A DNA stretch of 64,000 nt from Synechococcales cyanobacterium VAR_4_metabat_354 (GTDB taxonomy: Bacteria > Cyanobacteriota > Cyanobacteriia > Cyanobacteriales > Chamaesiphonaceae): assembly GCA_031414775.1 (NCBI GenBank), contig JANOQI010000024.1:103656-167655 (forward strand). Direction: 5' to 3'. Made by a program: the position numbers and the translations under genes. The notes under the pieces are model-generated. The model was not told the origin of the DNA and searched no databases. It was given only the letters and a program-made list of their open reading frames with translations. The stretch's first letter is position 1, and every line of letters begins with the position of its first letter. Below are positions 9,567 to 19,498 of the stretch, one piece after another.

Positions 9567-10856
9567 TCAGCGATATTCTTGATATTGGATGTCCTGCAAC
9601 CTGGCTTCTGGACGTTTAAACCGGTCGAGCTGTGTCTCAAAAAATCGTCGATTTGCTTGAAGATGCCTAGGGTTAGGATCATCGAGGGGATAGAGTAAAG
9701 CACCCCGGAGAGCTTGAATAACAGCCGAAGTTACACAGTACATCGATCGTTGAAAGCCAACTCCCAACTGAATTAATATATCGTCCTGACCGCGACAGTG
9801 TTGTTGGTAGTAATCGATCAAATATTGAGGGAGAAAATGATACATATCATCCATCAGTAGGGTGGGCGGAATCCCCGCACTGCCTACTGGATTTACATCA
9901 GCGTACAAAATTCCGTAGTGGAAATCTTTTTGTTCAGCGGGTACTTGCCCTGCTTGAGCATTGTAAGATTTCGTACCCCGGAAGGGAGCAGTGCGATAAA
10001 ATACAGCTTCCACATAAGGTAAAGCTGCTTCATAGAGCCAGGTGAAACCGCAGGACTTGGGAATGATTTCAAATAACTCACCCCGAATATAAACATGATG
10101 ATAAATTGGTCTGCCTGCGACCGCAAAAATGCCATTGACCAAAAAATTCATCGCATCCGGTACCGATTTAATTTCACCGGCATCATAAAGGTCGCTCATT
10201 TCCAAGAAGACCGGAGCCATCACCTCCCAAAAAAGTCCTAAGTTTGAGTAATAGGAAAGTTGACGTACCTGTTCTAGAAACATTTCGGGGAATAGTTTAT
10301 GCAAACTCAGCATGGCAGGATTGCCCCGAAAGTAAGCTTTAATTGCTCGATCGGCATTGGCTTTGTATTCTTCGGTATCTAGGTAAGGATCAAATTTACC
10401 TCCCATGCCCCGATGCCAATACATGGCTTGCATACAGGCTTCGGCAAACTCCATATTGATCCGATCGTGCAATAGGTGATGAGAAAGTTTAGACATTTTG
10501 GTGCTACGCCCTTTTTCTATAAACTCTAGGAGTTCGGGGTGAGCGGTAGCTGCACCTTTTTGCCAGATGCGTAAATCGGCGCTGTCACTGGCATAGTGGT
10601 TGGGTAAGTCCAGATATTCCTGGGGGAGAAAGTATTTGAAAGCGGGGAAGGGATTGATAAAGACTTGTTCGGCGATATAAAGTAAGTCCCGCCAGTAAAA
10701 GTCCATTGGCACCGCATAGGCTTTATATAAGCCGATGATTTGCATCAGGTTTTCTGGTGTATCGGGCAGCATCGCCCCCCCAGCTTCTAGGCGATGGATG
10801 ACTTCAGCAAATTGGTGGGTGGATGGGGGAAGTTGAGTGTTAGGAATGGTAGTCAT
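9567..10856 (-). CDS. cupA: CO2 hydration protein CupA/ChpY
   Basis: IHRLEAGGAMLPDTPENLMQIIGLYKAY; about 430 aa; followed by cupS. Confidence 0.92.
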   Translation of the reverse strand: MTTIPNTQLPPSTHQFAEVIHRLEAGGAMLPDTPENLMQIIGLYKAYAVPMDFYWRDLLYIAEQVFINPFPAFKYFLPQEYLDLPNHYASDSADLRIWQKGAATAHPELLEFIEKGRSTKMSKLSHHLLHDRINMEFAEACMQAMYWHRGMGGKFDPYLDTEEYKANADRAIKAYFRGNPAMLSLHKLFPEMFLEQVRQLSYYSNLGLFWEVMAPVFLEMSDLYDAGEIKSVPDAMNFLVNGIFAVAGRPIYHHVYIRGELFEIIPKSCGFTWLYEAALPYVEAVFYRTAPFRGTKSYNAQAGQVPAEQKDFHYGILYADVNPVGSAGIPPTLLMDDMYHFLPQYLIDYYQQHCRGQDDILIQLGVGFQRSMYCVTSAVIQALRGALLYPLDDPNPRHLQANRRFFETQLDRFKRPEARLQDIQYQEYR

Positions 10857-10876
10857 GATTCTGGTGATTGATAGTT

Positions 10877-12367
10877 TCAAGGGGTTATGGATGAAACGTT
10901 ACTAGCTATCGAAGTTGTGGGACGGGAAATATTCGCGATAATGGCATCTGTGGTGACTTGGGTGTGGGCAATCATGATATTGGGCTGAATGCCCAGCAGA
11001 ATGATGAGAGTGGCGAGGACAATTGCTGGAATGCGTTCATAATTATCAACCTTAGGCAAGTAAGTCAGGCTATTTTCTAATTTTCCAAAAAGGGCACGAT
11101 TGATAAGAATGATAAAGTAAACCGAGGTTAATCCAGTACTAGCCAGACAAATGAGGGTAGCGATCGGGAAAACAGTATAGCTACCTTGAAAGGAAAGAAA
11201 TTCACCAATAAAGCCGACCATTCCTGGAATTCCAGCGCTGGCCATCGTTGTTAAAATGAGCACTGCTCCGGTAAAAGGTAAGCCGCGTTGAGGATTCAGT
11301 AAGCCATGCAGTTTGCTTAAGTCGCGCGTCCCAGTTTTGGCTTCAATAATGCCTACCAAATTAAATAGTAGAGCCAGGATTAAGCCGTGAGCAACCATTT
11401 GACAGACAGCACCTAAGATACTGAGGGAATTACCAGCGGCGGTGGCCAGCAATACATAACTTAGATGGGCAACCGAGCTATAGGCAATCATTTTCTTGAT
11501 GTCGGTTTGGGCGATCGCGATCAAACTACCATAGATAGCGGTAACTACAGCGATGATCGTTAGCCAGGGTGCAACAATGATCCAAGCATCGGGAAATAAA
11601 CCGAGACCAAAACGGATTAAGCCGTAAGCTCCCAATTTAGAGACAATCCCACCTAACAACATGGAAACAGGTGTAGAAGCTTCCACATAGGCATCGGGCA
11701 GCCAAGTATGGAAGGGCACCAACGGCATCTTAATCCCAAATCCTAGCAGAATAACGCTGAGAAATAGTAGTTGTAAATTAGCTGGTAAATGAGTGGCAGC
11801 TAGAGATTCATAATTGAAATCACCAGTTTTGGTAAACCATGCCCAACTTAAGAAACCAGCGAGTAAAATCATTCCCGACAGAGCTTGATAAATGAGGAAT
11901 TTGGTGGCGGCATAACCACGTTTCTCACCGCCCCAAATTACGATTAACAAATAGAGTGGAATTAATTCCAACTCGTAGAACAAGAAAAATAATAGTAGGT
12001 TTTGAGCCAGAAAAGCGCCCATTACTGCTGCGCCAACTAACAAAAGTAAAGCGTAGAATAATCTCTCTCTTTCGACTTGTTTACTTGTTGCTTGTACTGA
12101 CAGTAATATCAGCAGAGCATTCAAGATTACTAAAGGTAAAGATAGTCCATCAATTCCCAGATGATAATCTAAACCTAAGGGGTCAACCCAATTCAAATGC
12201 TCAACAAATTGTAATCCAGACTTTTGGTAATCAAAAGTACCAGCGATTGCTAGAGTACCTACTAAACTCCCACCAGCAGCGGCCAAGGCAATTGTTCGAC
12301 TAAAGTTGGGTATAATCGCGATTAAAATTGCTCCTAAAACTAGCAGCCAAATCACCAGACTCAACAT
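10877..12367 (-). CDS. ndhD3: NDH-1 subunit 4, CO2-uptake type (divergent)
   Basis: FYELELIP, HTWLPDAYVEAS and LNPQRGLP motifs; operon context. Confidence 0.8.
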   Translation of the reverse strand: MLSLVIWLLVLGAILIAIIPNFSRTIALAAAGGSLVGTLAIAGTFDYQKSGLQFVEHLNWVDPLGLDYHLGIDGLSLPLVILNALLILLSVQATSKQVERERLFYALLLLVGAAVMGAFLAQNLLLFFLFYELELIPLYLLIVIWGGEKRGYAATKFLIYQALSGMILLAGFLSWAWFTKTGDFNYESLAATHLPANLQLLFLSVILLGFGIKMPLVPFHTWLPDAYVEASTPVSMLLGGIVSKLGAYGLIRFGLGLFPDAWIIVAPWLTIIAVVTAIYGSLIAIAQTDIKKMIAYSSVAHLSYVLLATAAGNSLSILGAVCQMVAHGLILALLFNLVGIIEAKTGTRDLSKLHGLLNPQRGLPFTGAVLILTTMASAGIPGMVGFIGEFLSFQGSYTVFPIATLICLASTGLTSVYFIILINRALFGKLENSLTYLPKVDNYERIPAIVLATLIILLGIQPNIMIAHTQVTTDAIIANISRPTTSIASNVSSITP

Positions 12368-12412
12368 TAAAAACCTCCTAGATCAAGATCAAAACTGATT
12401 AATCAACATATC

Positions 12413-12444
12413 TTTAGTGCCAAAATATCTATCTTGGCACTAAA
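12413..12444 (-). terminator. Intra-operon stem-loop after the carbonic anhydrase gene
   Basis: tttagtgccaa-N10-ttggcactaaa inverted repeat; no clear U-tract. Confidence 0.45.
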
Positions 12445-12456
12445 ACACTATCTGCT

Positions 12457-13152
12457 TTAGGTCACTCTGGTCACAATTCCAGTATCTAGATCGTAAAAAC
12501 CACCGACAATTTTCAGCTGACCTTTCTTGATTAGATCAGTCACTACTGGGGAACTTTTGAGAATAGCGATCTGATTTTTGATGTTAGCGATAGTTGCATT
12601 TTTCAGCTGATCTCCAGGTTGGCCTTGGCTGGCAACTACTGCCGGTTTAATTTGTCCTAAGATAGTACCAATTTTGCCGGGAACTGGTTTGTTATCGATC
12701 GCCGCTTTTACCGCACCGCAGCTTTTATGCCCTAAAACTAGAATCACTTTGGCTCCTAGTACTAAAGTCCCGTATTCTAGACTGCCAATTTCTTCTGGAG
12801 TAGCCACATTCCCAGCAACTCTGACCACGAATAAATCCCCTAATCCTTGGTCGAAAATTATCTCGGCGGGAACGCGAGAATCAGCACAACCTAAAATCGC
12901 GGCAAAGGGTTTTTGGCCTTTGGCCACTTCCCGTAAGCGAAATACACCCCGATTAGGTTGCTTAGTTCTTTGGTCGGCAAATCGTCTATTTCCCTGCAAT
13001 AATTCGTCAAGTGCACGGTCAGATGTGATATTTTGCTTGGCGATCGCCGCCGGAGAGTCTAATAAATCTATGCCCAAACGACTAGTTATTAATCCTGTCC
13101 CTACTGTTACAGCACCAAATTTAAACAAATTACGCCGAGAAATGTAACTCAT
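12457..13152 (-). CDS. Beta-carbonic anhydrase with twin-arginine signal (EcaB-like)
   Basis: Zn ligands GCADSRV and GHKSCG; N-terminal SRRNLFK plus h-region; AAAGGA upstream of the 13152 ATG. Confidence 0.9.
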   Translation of the reverse strand: MSYISRRNLFKFGAVTVGTGLITSRLGIDLLDSPAAIAKQNITSDRALDELLQGNRRFADQRTKQPNRGVFRLREVAKGQKPFAAILGCADSRVPAEIIFDQGLGDLFVVRVAGNVATPEEIGSLEYGTLVLGAKVILVLGHKSCGAVKAAIDNKPVPGKIGTILGQIKPAVVASQGQPGDQLKNATIANIKNQIAILKSSPVVTDLIKKGQLKIVGGFYDLDTGIVTRVT

Positions 13153-13227
13153 AACTTTTCCTTTCATGGTTTTAATGATGCGCTGATTACGCTGAGATGA
13201 ATGTTTTAAAAATGATAATCCTGGGGA

Positions 13228-15060
13228 TTAAATTAGTAAGGCCATCATGAGACTAATAATTATGACTCCCGAGAAAATTGACAGTATATAAAACTGAGAT
13301 TGACCAGAATTATTGTATTTAAGAGTTTGTCCACTTACTAAAGTCCCAATCCCAACCAAATTAACCAATCCATCGACAATATACTTGTCGAACCAATTAA
13401 TTACTCGGGCACTAGTAGCTACCAACCAGACAATAGTTAACTGATAAAGACGCTGCACGTAAAAATCATTGGCGAAGAACGCTTGCACAGCTGGCACTGG
13501 TAGTTTAATCGGTTTCGGGATAGCATCAACTCCGTAGATTAGACCGCTAGTAGTAACACCAATGATGCTTGACCAAACTAATAAAGGAGCTAAATACATA
13601 TTTGATTCTTCCCCACTGGGTAATGCTCCCAAGTTTCGTAAAATAATTGGCATATGGCAGACAAAAATAGCAGTAGAAATTACTGGTAGACTGATTAACC
13701 AAAATGGTTCTGTCGATCGCTGGGTCATCGGCTGTGCTTGACCCAAAAATATCAGACAAAATAATCGAGTTAAACTAAATGCTGTTAGGGCATTCACTAT
13801 TGAAATTACACCCACCAACCAAGGTTGCTCTACCCATAGGCTCTCAATGAGAGGGAGAAAAAACCAGAATCCACCTAAAGGAGGCATTGCGATAAAGGAG
13901 CCGATTGCCACTAACATTGATAAGGCGGTGAGTGGGCGACGCGACCATAAGCCACCTAATTGAGTCAAATCTTGGGTAACATTGGTAAAAATAATTGAAC
14001 CCACACTCATATATAGCAATGCCATGCCGAAGGATTCATTGAAAAGAATAAATCGAGCAGCATCCAAATTCTGGGTGCCGACAGCGATAAAGACTAAGCC
14101 AATGGAAGCGCTGAGAGCATAGGATACAACCCGTTTCATATCCACTTGGGCGATCGCTATTAATGAACAACAAATCGCTGTACTAGCTCCTAGAATTACT
14201 AGCGTATTTAATAATACTGGCGACAAAGAAATTACTGGTGCTAATTTAATTAATACAAAAGCCCCTGCTCCCACCACTACTGCATTCCGTAATACAGTTG
14301 CTGGGATGGGTGCTTCCATCGCTTCGTCTAACCATAATTGGAAGGGAATTTGGGCACATTTACCCAATGGTCCAGCAATCAGAGATAAACCTAACAATGT
14401 TGCTACTGTCGGGTCTAATCTCGCTGTTTCTGCCCAAGTAGATAACTCGGTGAAATTCCAGGTGCCGGTGATTGGATAGATCGCAATCACGCCCATGAGC
14501 AAAATGATGTCGCCAACTCGCTTTGTCCAAAAGGCATCGCGCGCTCCAGTAATAACTAAAGGTTGGACAAACCAAAAGCCGACTAGCAGATAGGTGGCAA
14601 GGGTAAGCAGTTCTAGAAAGACGTAACTGAAAAAGAGGGAATTGGAGAGCATTAAACCGCAAATCCCGGCACCGAAACAATTCATTAAGGAGAAGAACCT
14701 CGCCCAGCCCCAATCCGTTTCTAGGTAACCTACTGCATAAATCTGGGCGATAAAATTGATGCCCGTAACTACGGCGGTGGCTGTTAACGTGACCGTCGAG
14801 ATCTCGATCGGGAAGTCAATATCTAGAGTACTAGTATGCAGCCAACCATAGCTAATTTCTTGGGCGGGTAAATTCCAACCAGTCACTAAGGCAACAAGGC
14901 CATGCAGGAAAGCAATCCCGGCCATCAAGATATTGATATAACCGGCTGGCCTTGGCCCTAGTTGCCCTGACCAACCGAGAGACCAAGGGCTGGCCAAGAT
15001 CACTCCGATGATGGGGTAGCAGGGAATTAACCACACATTTTGGAAAATGGTTTGATACAT
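13228..15060 (-). CDS. ndhF3: NDH-1 subunit 5, CO2-uptake type (divergent)
   Basis: GPRPAGYIN, GARDAFWTKRVGD and LWLDEAME motifs; heads the cupA operon. Confidence 0.85.
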   Translation of the reverse strand: MYQTIFQNVWLIPCYPIIGVILASPWSLGWSGQLGPRPAGYINILMAGIAFLHGLVALVTGWNLPAQEISYGWLHTSTLDIDFPIEISTVTLTATAVVTGINFIAQIYAVGYLETDWGWARFFSLMNCFGAGICGLMLSNSLFFSYVFLELLTLATYLLVGFWFVQPLVITGARDAFWTKRVGDIILLMGVIAIYPITGTWNFTELSTWAETARLDPTVATLLGLSLIAGPLGKCAQIPFQLWLDEAMEAPIPATVLRNAVVVGAGAFVLIKLAPVISLSPVLLNTLVILGASTAICCSLIAIAQVDMKRVVSYALSASIGLVFIAVGTQNLDAARFILFNESFGMALLYMSVGSIIFTNVTQDLTQLGGLWSRRPLTALSMLVAIGSFIAMPPLGGFWFFLPLIESLWVEQPWLVGVISIVNALTAFSLTRLFCLIFLGQAQPMTQRSTEPFWLISLPVISTAIFVCHMPIILRNLGALPSGEESNMYLAPLLVWSSIIGVTTSGLIYGVDAIPKPIKLPVPAVQAFFANDFYVQRLYQLTIVWLVATSARVINWFDKYIVDGLVNLVGIGTLVSGQTLKYNNSGQSQFYILSIFSGVIIISLMMALLI

Positions 15061-15237
15061 AGGCTAAAATCTATGAATTAATAATTTAAGTTAGCTTTAA
15101 CTCTATAAAAAAGAATAATCGAAAACCTCTGAAAAAGATAGATCGAACATAGAGTTTTACATGATGTTTTCTCTAAATTTTTCTTATGAATACTATGAAT
15201 AATAAATAACCTATTTTGAACTTAGATTTTAATCTAT
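15058..15237 (-). promoter_or_regulatory. Array of NdhR/CcmR-type LysR boxes upstream of ndhF3
   Basis: CATAG-N8-CTATG at 15058-15075, TTAG-N8-CTAT at 15091-15106 and 15222-15237, ATAA-N8-CTAT at 15199-15214. Confidence 0.7.
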
Positions 15238-15268
15238 GTATTAGTACAAACAAAGTGATCGCTAGAAT

Positions 15269-15306
15269 ATCAGTCCAAACAAAAACTAATTTTTGTTTGG
15301 ACTGAT
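15269..15306 (-). terminator. Hairpin/terminator downstream of moaA
   Basis: Perfect 17-bp stem atcagtccaaacaaaaa / tttttgtttggactgat with a 4-nt loop. Confidence 0.7.
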
Positions 15307-15329
15307 TAAGATTTTATTGAGCACAATTA

Positions 15330-16319
15330 TTACCCGCCGATTTGAGACATGGTGCGACTATATTGACCAGTTGAATTTCCCGATTCTCGCTCCTTAAAAT
15401 TAATTTCTTCCTTCAATACTAATAATTCCAGCACGCGTGATCGCAATTCCTGCACACTCACCCCTGCCCGCAATGCTGCTTTCAGATCGATTTGACCAGC
15501 TTCATTCAGTAAACAAGGCCGCAGCCAACCATCCGCCGACAACCGTACCCGATTACATCGATCACAAAAACACTCCGACATCTGACTGATAAAACCCAAG
15601 GTGCCCTTAGCTCCCGGAATTTGGAAAACATCGGCTGGACCATTGCCCCGCACCTGTGATTCTATCAGTCCCCATTTATCTCGAATTTGCTGCCGAATTG
15701 ATTCTGAATCAATCCAACCTCGATCGAGAAACAGCGCATCATTACCGATCGGCATAAATTCAATAAACCGAATGTGCCAATTCCGATCGATCGACAGCTC
15801 CGCCAATTCCAGCACCTCGCCATCATTAACTCCTGGAATAACCACCACATTTAGCTTCAGCGGATCGAAACCCACTTGATGGGCAGCTTGGATTCCTTGC
15901 CAAACTCGTTGCCAGGTTTCAGTACTAGACCTGCCCACAATTTTGGCAAAAGTGGCCGGATTGAGTGAATCGAGGCTGATATTAATGCGGCGCAATCCAG
16001 CCTGATATAAATCTGCGGCTAAATCAGCCAGTAGCCAAGCATTAGTAGTCATTGCCAAATCCTCAGTTTGCGGCAAACTACTAATAGCTTCAATCAGATT
16101 TACTATTCCGGGACGGATCAGCGGCTCGCCACCAGTCAGTCGAAACCGAGTAAATCCGACAGGAATAAAGACATCTCTTACCAATGTCACAATCTCATCA
16201 TTGGTTAACAACTCTGGCTGGGGCTGATAATGGATATCACTGCCCACTGGCATACAATACTGACAGCGAAAATTACAGCGATCGGTCAGACTGATACGAA
16301 GGTAATCTACCTGATTCAT
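15330..16319 (-). CDS. moaA: GTP 3',8-cyclase (molybdopterin biosynthesis)
   Basis: CNFRCQYC radical-SAM motif, [11 protein letters not shown]-terminal MSQIGG. Confidence 0.95.
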   Translation of the reverse strand: MNQVDYLRISLTDRCNFRCQYCMPVGSDIHYQPQPELLTNDEIVTLVRDVFIPVGFTRFRLTGGEPLIRPGIVNLIEAISSLPQTEDLAMTTNAWLLADLAADLYQAGLRRINISLDSLNPATFAKIVGRSSTETWQRVWQGIQAAHQVGFDPLKLNVVVIPGVNDGEVLELAELSIDRNWHIRFIEFMPIGNDALFLDRGWIDSESIRQQIRDKWGLIESQVRGNGPADVFQIPGAKGTLGFISQMSECFCDRCNRVRLSADGWLRPCLLNEAGQIDLKAALRAGVSVQELRSRVLELLVLKEEINFKERESGNSTGQYSRTMSQIGG

Positions 16320-16502
16320 GAGTAAGCAGCGGGCAAAGTTGGTGCTTTTAATTCTAACTGTTTCATCTTCGGCTACCCCAGAATTCTGTAGCAATTTAAT
16401 TGCCCGTTGATATTGAGATCCATGGCCTGACTCCGCATCGTCGCTAATGGCTTTATGGCGTATCTGTTAGAATCAGATGCGCTTTTACTACCATCATTTT
16501 CC

Positions 16503-17117
16503 ATGACTTCATCATTTTTACCTAGCAATACTATGTCGGTATCTAGCTTGGACTTACCAGCAGTCCAAGAATATTTGTTGACCTTGCTGTGCCAGCTATC
16601 CTACAAAGAAGGCGATTTTTTACTGTCTTCTGGCCAAAAGAGTAGTTATTACATCAACTGTAAACCGGTGACTCTTCATCCCTACGGTGCATTGGCCACA
16701 GGGCGTTTATTATTACCACTGTTAGCAAAAGGTACTCAAGCAGTCGCTGGTCTGACTCTAGGAGCTGATCCGATCGTCACCGCCGTGGGAGTAGTTTCGG
16801 CCTACGAACAACAGCCCGTTGCCGCTTTGATTATCCGCAAAGAAGCCAAAGGACATGGTACTCAGGCTTACATTGAAGGACCAGTCTTACTGCCAGGGAC
16901 AGTGATTGCCGTTTTAGAAGATGTGGTGACCACTGGCAAATCAGCCTTACAGGCTGTTCACAGACTGCGCGATGCTGGTTATGTGGTCAATCAAGTAATT
17001 TCTTTAGTCGATCGACAACAGGGTGGAGCGGAGTTATATGCCAATGCTGGTCTAGAATTTATCTCAGTATTCGCGATTCCGGATCTGCAAACCAAATATC
17101 AGCAACTCTTACCCTAA
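16503..17117 (+). CDS. pyrE: Orotate phosphoribosyltransferase
   Basis: LSSGQKSSYY, RKEAKGHG and VLEDVVTTG motifs; start codon uncertain. Confidence 0.93.
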   Translation: MTSSFLPSNTMSVSSLDLPAVQEYLLTLLCQLSYKEGDFLLSSGQKSSYYINCKPVTLHPYGALATGRLLLPLLAKGTQAVAGLTLGADPIVTAVGVVSAYEQQPVAALIIRKEAKGHGTQAYIEGPVLLPGTVIAVLEDVVTTGKSALQAVHRLRDAGYVVNQVISLVDRQQGGAELYANAGLEFISVFAIPDLQTKYQQLLP

Positions 17118-17182
17118 GAGCTACTCAGAGTTTATGAATTTTTGTTACAACATAGGTAAGTAACACTATTACTACTCAACCT

Positions 17183-18583
17183 ATGACTATTGCTAACCCC
17201 ATTCTCCAGTCCGCTGCTCCAGCAGCTGGGGGTCTCGACCCCGCTAAGTTTGATGTGGCTGAAGCCTGGTATCCAGTTCACTATGTCGCTGATCTCGATC
17301 AGCAGCGCCCTACGGCTTTCACCTTGTTGGGTCAAGACTTGGTGATCTGGTGGGAGCCAAAGACTGGTTCTTGGCGAGCGATGGTTGATCAATGTCCGCA
17401 CCGGCTGGCTCGGTTATCGGAAGGACGGATTAATGAGGATGGGCAATTGGAATGTCCTTATCACGGCTGGTCTTTTACTGGAGAGGGACAGTGCGATCGC
17501 ATCCCCCAACAGCCGACGGGTGGCCAAGCGGAACAGTCTCAGCGGGCTTGTGTGCAATCTTTTCCGACAGCGGTGGCTCAAGACCTACTATTTATCTATC
17601 CAGGGCAAGCTCCAGCTAATGAGCGGCCACCATTTCCCCTCATTACCCCGGTAGCAGATGAACCTGATGGCTGGGTCACTATTAATACCTTTCGAGATTT
17701 GCCCTATGACGCTTTCACACTGCTCGAAAACGTTTTGGATGCTAGTCATTTACCCTATACTCATCACAGCACAGTGGGTAATCGTACCAATGCTGCACCA
17801 GTAGAACTGGAAATATTAACCTCTGGCAAAAATGGCTTTACTGGTATTTGGCCGGAGGGACCACGCAAAGGTAAGTTGGGCACTCAGCACACCACCTTTA
17901 TTGCCCCTAATCTAATGTGGCACGACCTCACCTCCAAGCAATTTGGTCGGACAATCACAGTGGTCTATGCCACCCCCACCAAACCAGGATTTTGTCGGCT
18001 GTTTGCCCGGTTCCCTTTTAAGTTTCCCAAAGGCAACATTTTTCCCTCAGTGATCTTTAAGTTCAATCCCCAGTGGTATTCTCATATTGGTCAACACACC
18101 ATCTTGGAAGATGACCAAATCTTTCTTCATCACCAAGAGCGCTACTTAGAGCAGCAAGGTGGTGCCGCTAATTTTACGAAGGCTTTTTATCTACCGACGA
18201 AAGCTGACTTGTTTGTGTTTGAATTTCGTCAGTGGATCAACCATTATCAGGTAGAGACATTTGCTAGTGAAGAATTGCCACCGGCTCAATCCAAACAACA
18301 GTTGCTCGATCGATATCATTCTCACACCATTCACTGTCGCAGTTGCAGTGCCGCTTTGCAAAACTTGCAAAAGCTGCAAGTGGGTCTAGGCATCACCGCC
18401 TTTGGGGGCTGGGCTGGGGGATCTTTACTGGCCATGAGCAGTGGCTTAACTTGGCCACTGTATCTAGCGATCGCCATTACTGGGTTCAGTCTGTGGGGTA
18501 GATGGCAAGCCGGAGAATTGATTAAGAAGTTACACTACGGCCAAGAAATACCACCTCGCAATCGATTAGGAAAACGCCGCTAA
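17183..18583 (+). CDS. Rieske [2Fe-2S] oxygenase, pheophorbide a oxygenase (PaO)-like
   Basis: CPHR...CPYHGW, ENVLDASHLPYTH and HCRSCS motifs. Confidence 0.85.
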   Translation: MTIANPILQSAAPAAGGLDPAKFDVAEAWYPVHYVADLDQQRPTAFTLLGQDLVIWWEPKTGSWRAMVDQCPHRLARLSEGRINEDGQLECPYHGWSFTGEGQCDRIPQQPTGGQAEQSQRACVQSFPTAVAQDLLFIYPGQAPANERPPFPLITPVADEPDGWVTINTFRDLPYDAFTLLENVLDASHLPYTHHSTVGNRTNAAPVELEILTSGKNGFTGIWPEGPRKGKLGTQHTTFIAPNLMWHDLTSKQFGRTITVVYATPTKPGFCRLFARFPFKFPKGNIFPSVIFKFNPQWYSHIGQHTILEDDQIFLHHQERYLEQQGGAANFTKAFYLPTKADLFVFEFRQWINHYQVETFASEELPPAQSKQQLLDRYHSHTIHCRSCSAALQNLQKLQVGLGITAFGGWAGGSLLAMSSGLTWPLYLAIAITGFSLWGRWQAGELIKKLHYGQEIPPRNRLGKRR

Positions 18584-19443
18584 TCTTCTACTACCACCTC
18601 GTAACTGTTGCGGTCGTAGCTATGAATTAGTAGCTCGTCTGATTCTGAGTCCAAGAATTGCAAATCGGTAATGGCTGATATTTCTGGCATTCGATCATCT
18701 TCGATCGCCAGTTTTGCTACTTGGATTTGTTCCTTGGGTCGGATGCCAATCTGGAAATCTGTGGCAAAGGGATCGGATACCTCAAAAATCTGATCAACAG
18801 GTAATACAGACAAGTCTAAAACATCTTCTTCGGGGAATTCGATAAATTCTGGATAGATTGATGATGTTGATGCTGTGATGCTGAGGTCATAAGACATCAC
18901 CACCGGTGGTGCCGCTACTGGCGCTATCTCGTTGAGTAGGCTATCCAAATCGGCCATGGAGGAAGCAATTAATTTTTCTGGATGAATATCACTTACTACC
19001 ATTGGGTAATGATCATGGATGACGGTGACAGTTGCCTTCGATCGATCATCTAACCCATCTATGTTTTTTTCAAGTGGTGGCGGTGGGGTCTCCTGTTCAC
19101 CAGTTACTGGTTGGGAAATGACTTGAAGGCAGAGTTGTTCTTCGACACCACTTTCTTTGGTAATGGTTACATTGCAGTTCAGATGCCAAGTTCCCAGTTG
19201 GATATGGGTAAAAGGCATGACCACCAACAGTCCTTCGTTGCTAATTTGTTGGGAGTGATCCTGGGCGAGTTGGAGCGGCTGTTCATGATTCTGATAGAAA
19301 ATTTGAGTGTGCACCGCAGAATTGCTCATGCTGGTGTTGGCAATGATGCGATAGTTGCCTTCAAAGATTTCTAATTTGCGGCTGGTCAGTGGTCGCCAAG
19401 CTCGATCGTTTTCGCGCTGAATCAAAAATTCCCAGTATGGCAT
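18580..19443 (-). CDS. Hypothetical protein with acidic C-terminus
   Basis: 287-aa ORF; N-terminal WEFLIQRE resembles conserved cyanobacterial hypotheticals. Confidence 0.6.
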   Translation of the reverse strand: MPYWEFLIQRENDRAWRPLTSRKLEIFEGNYRIIANTSMSNSAVHTQIFYQNHEQPLQLAQDHSQQISNEGLLVVMPFTHIQLGTWHLNCNVTITKESGVEEQLCLQVISQPVTGEQETPPPPLEKNIDGLDDRSKATVTVIHDHYPMVVSDIHPEKLIASSMADLDSLLNEIAPVAAPPVVMSYDLSITASTSSIYPEFIEFPEEDVLDLSVLPVDQIFEVSDPFATDFQIGIRPKEQIQVAKLAIEDDRMPEISAITDLQFLDSESDELLIHSYDRNSYEVVVED

Positions 19444-19498
19444 TGGTCAGGTTTGGGTAGCTACTGGACAGGATCTTAGCTCAAAACTGAGATATCCT

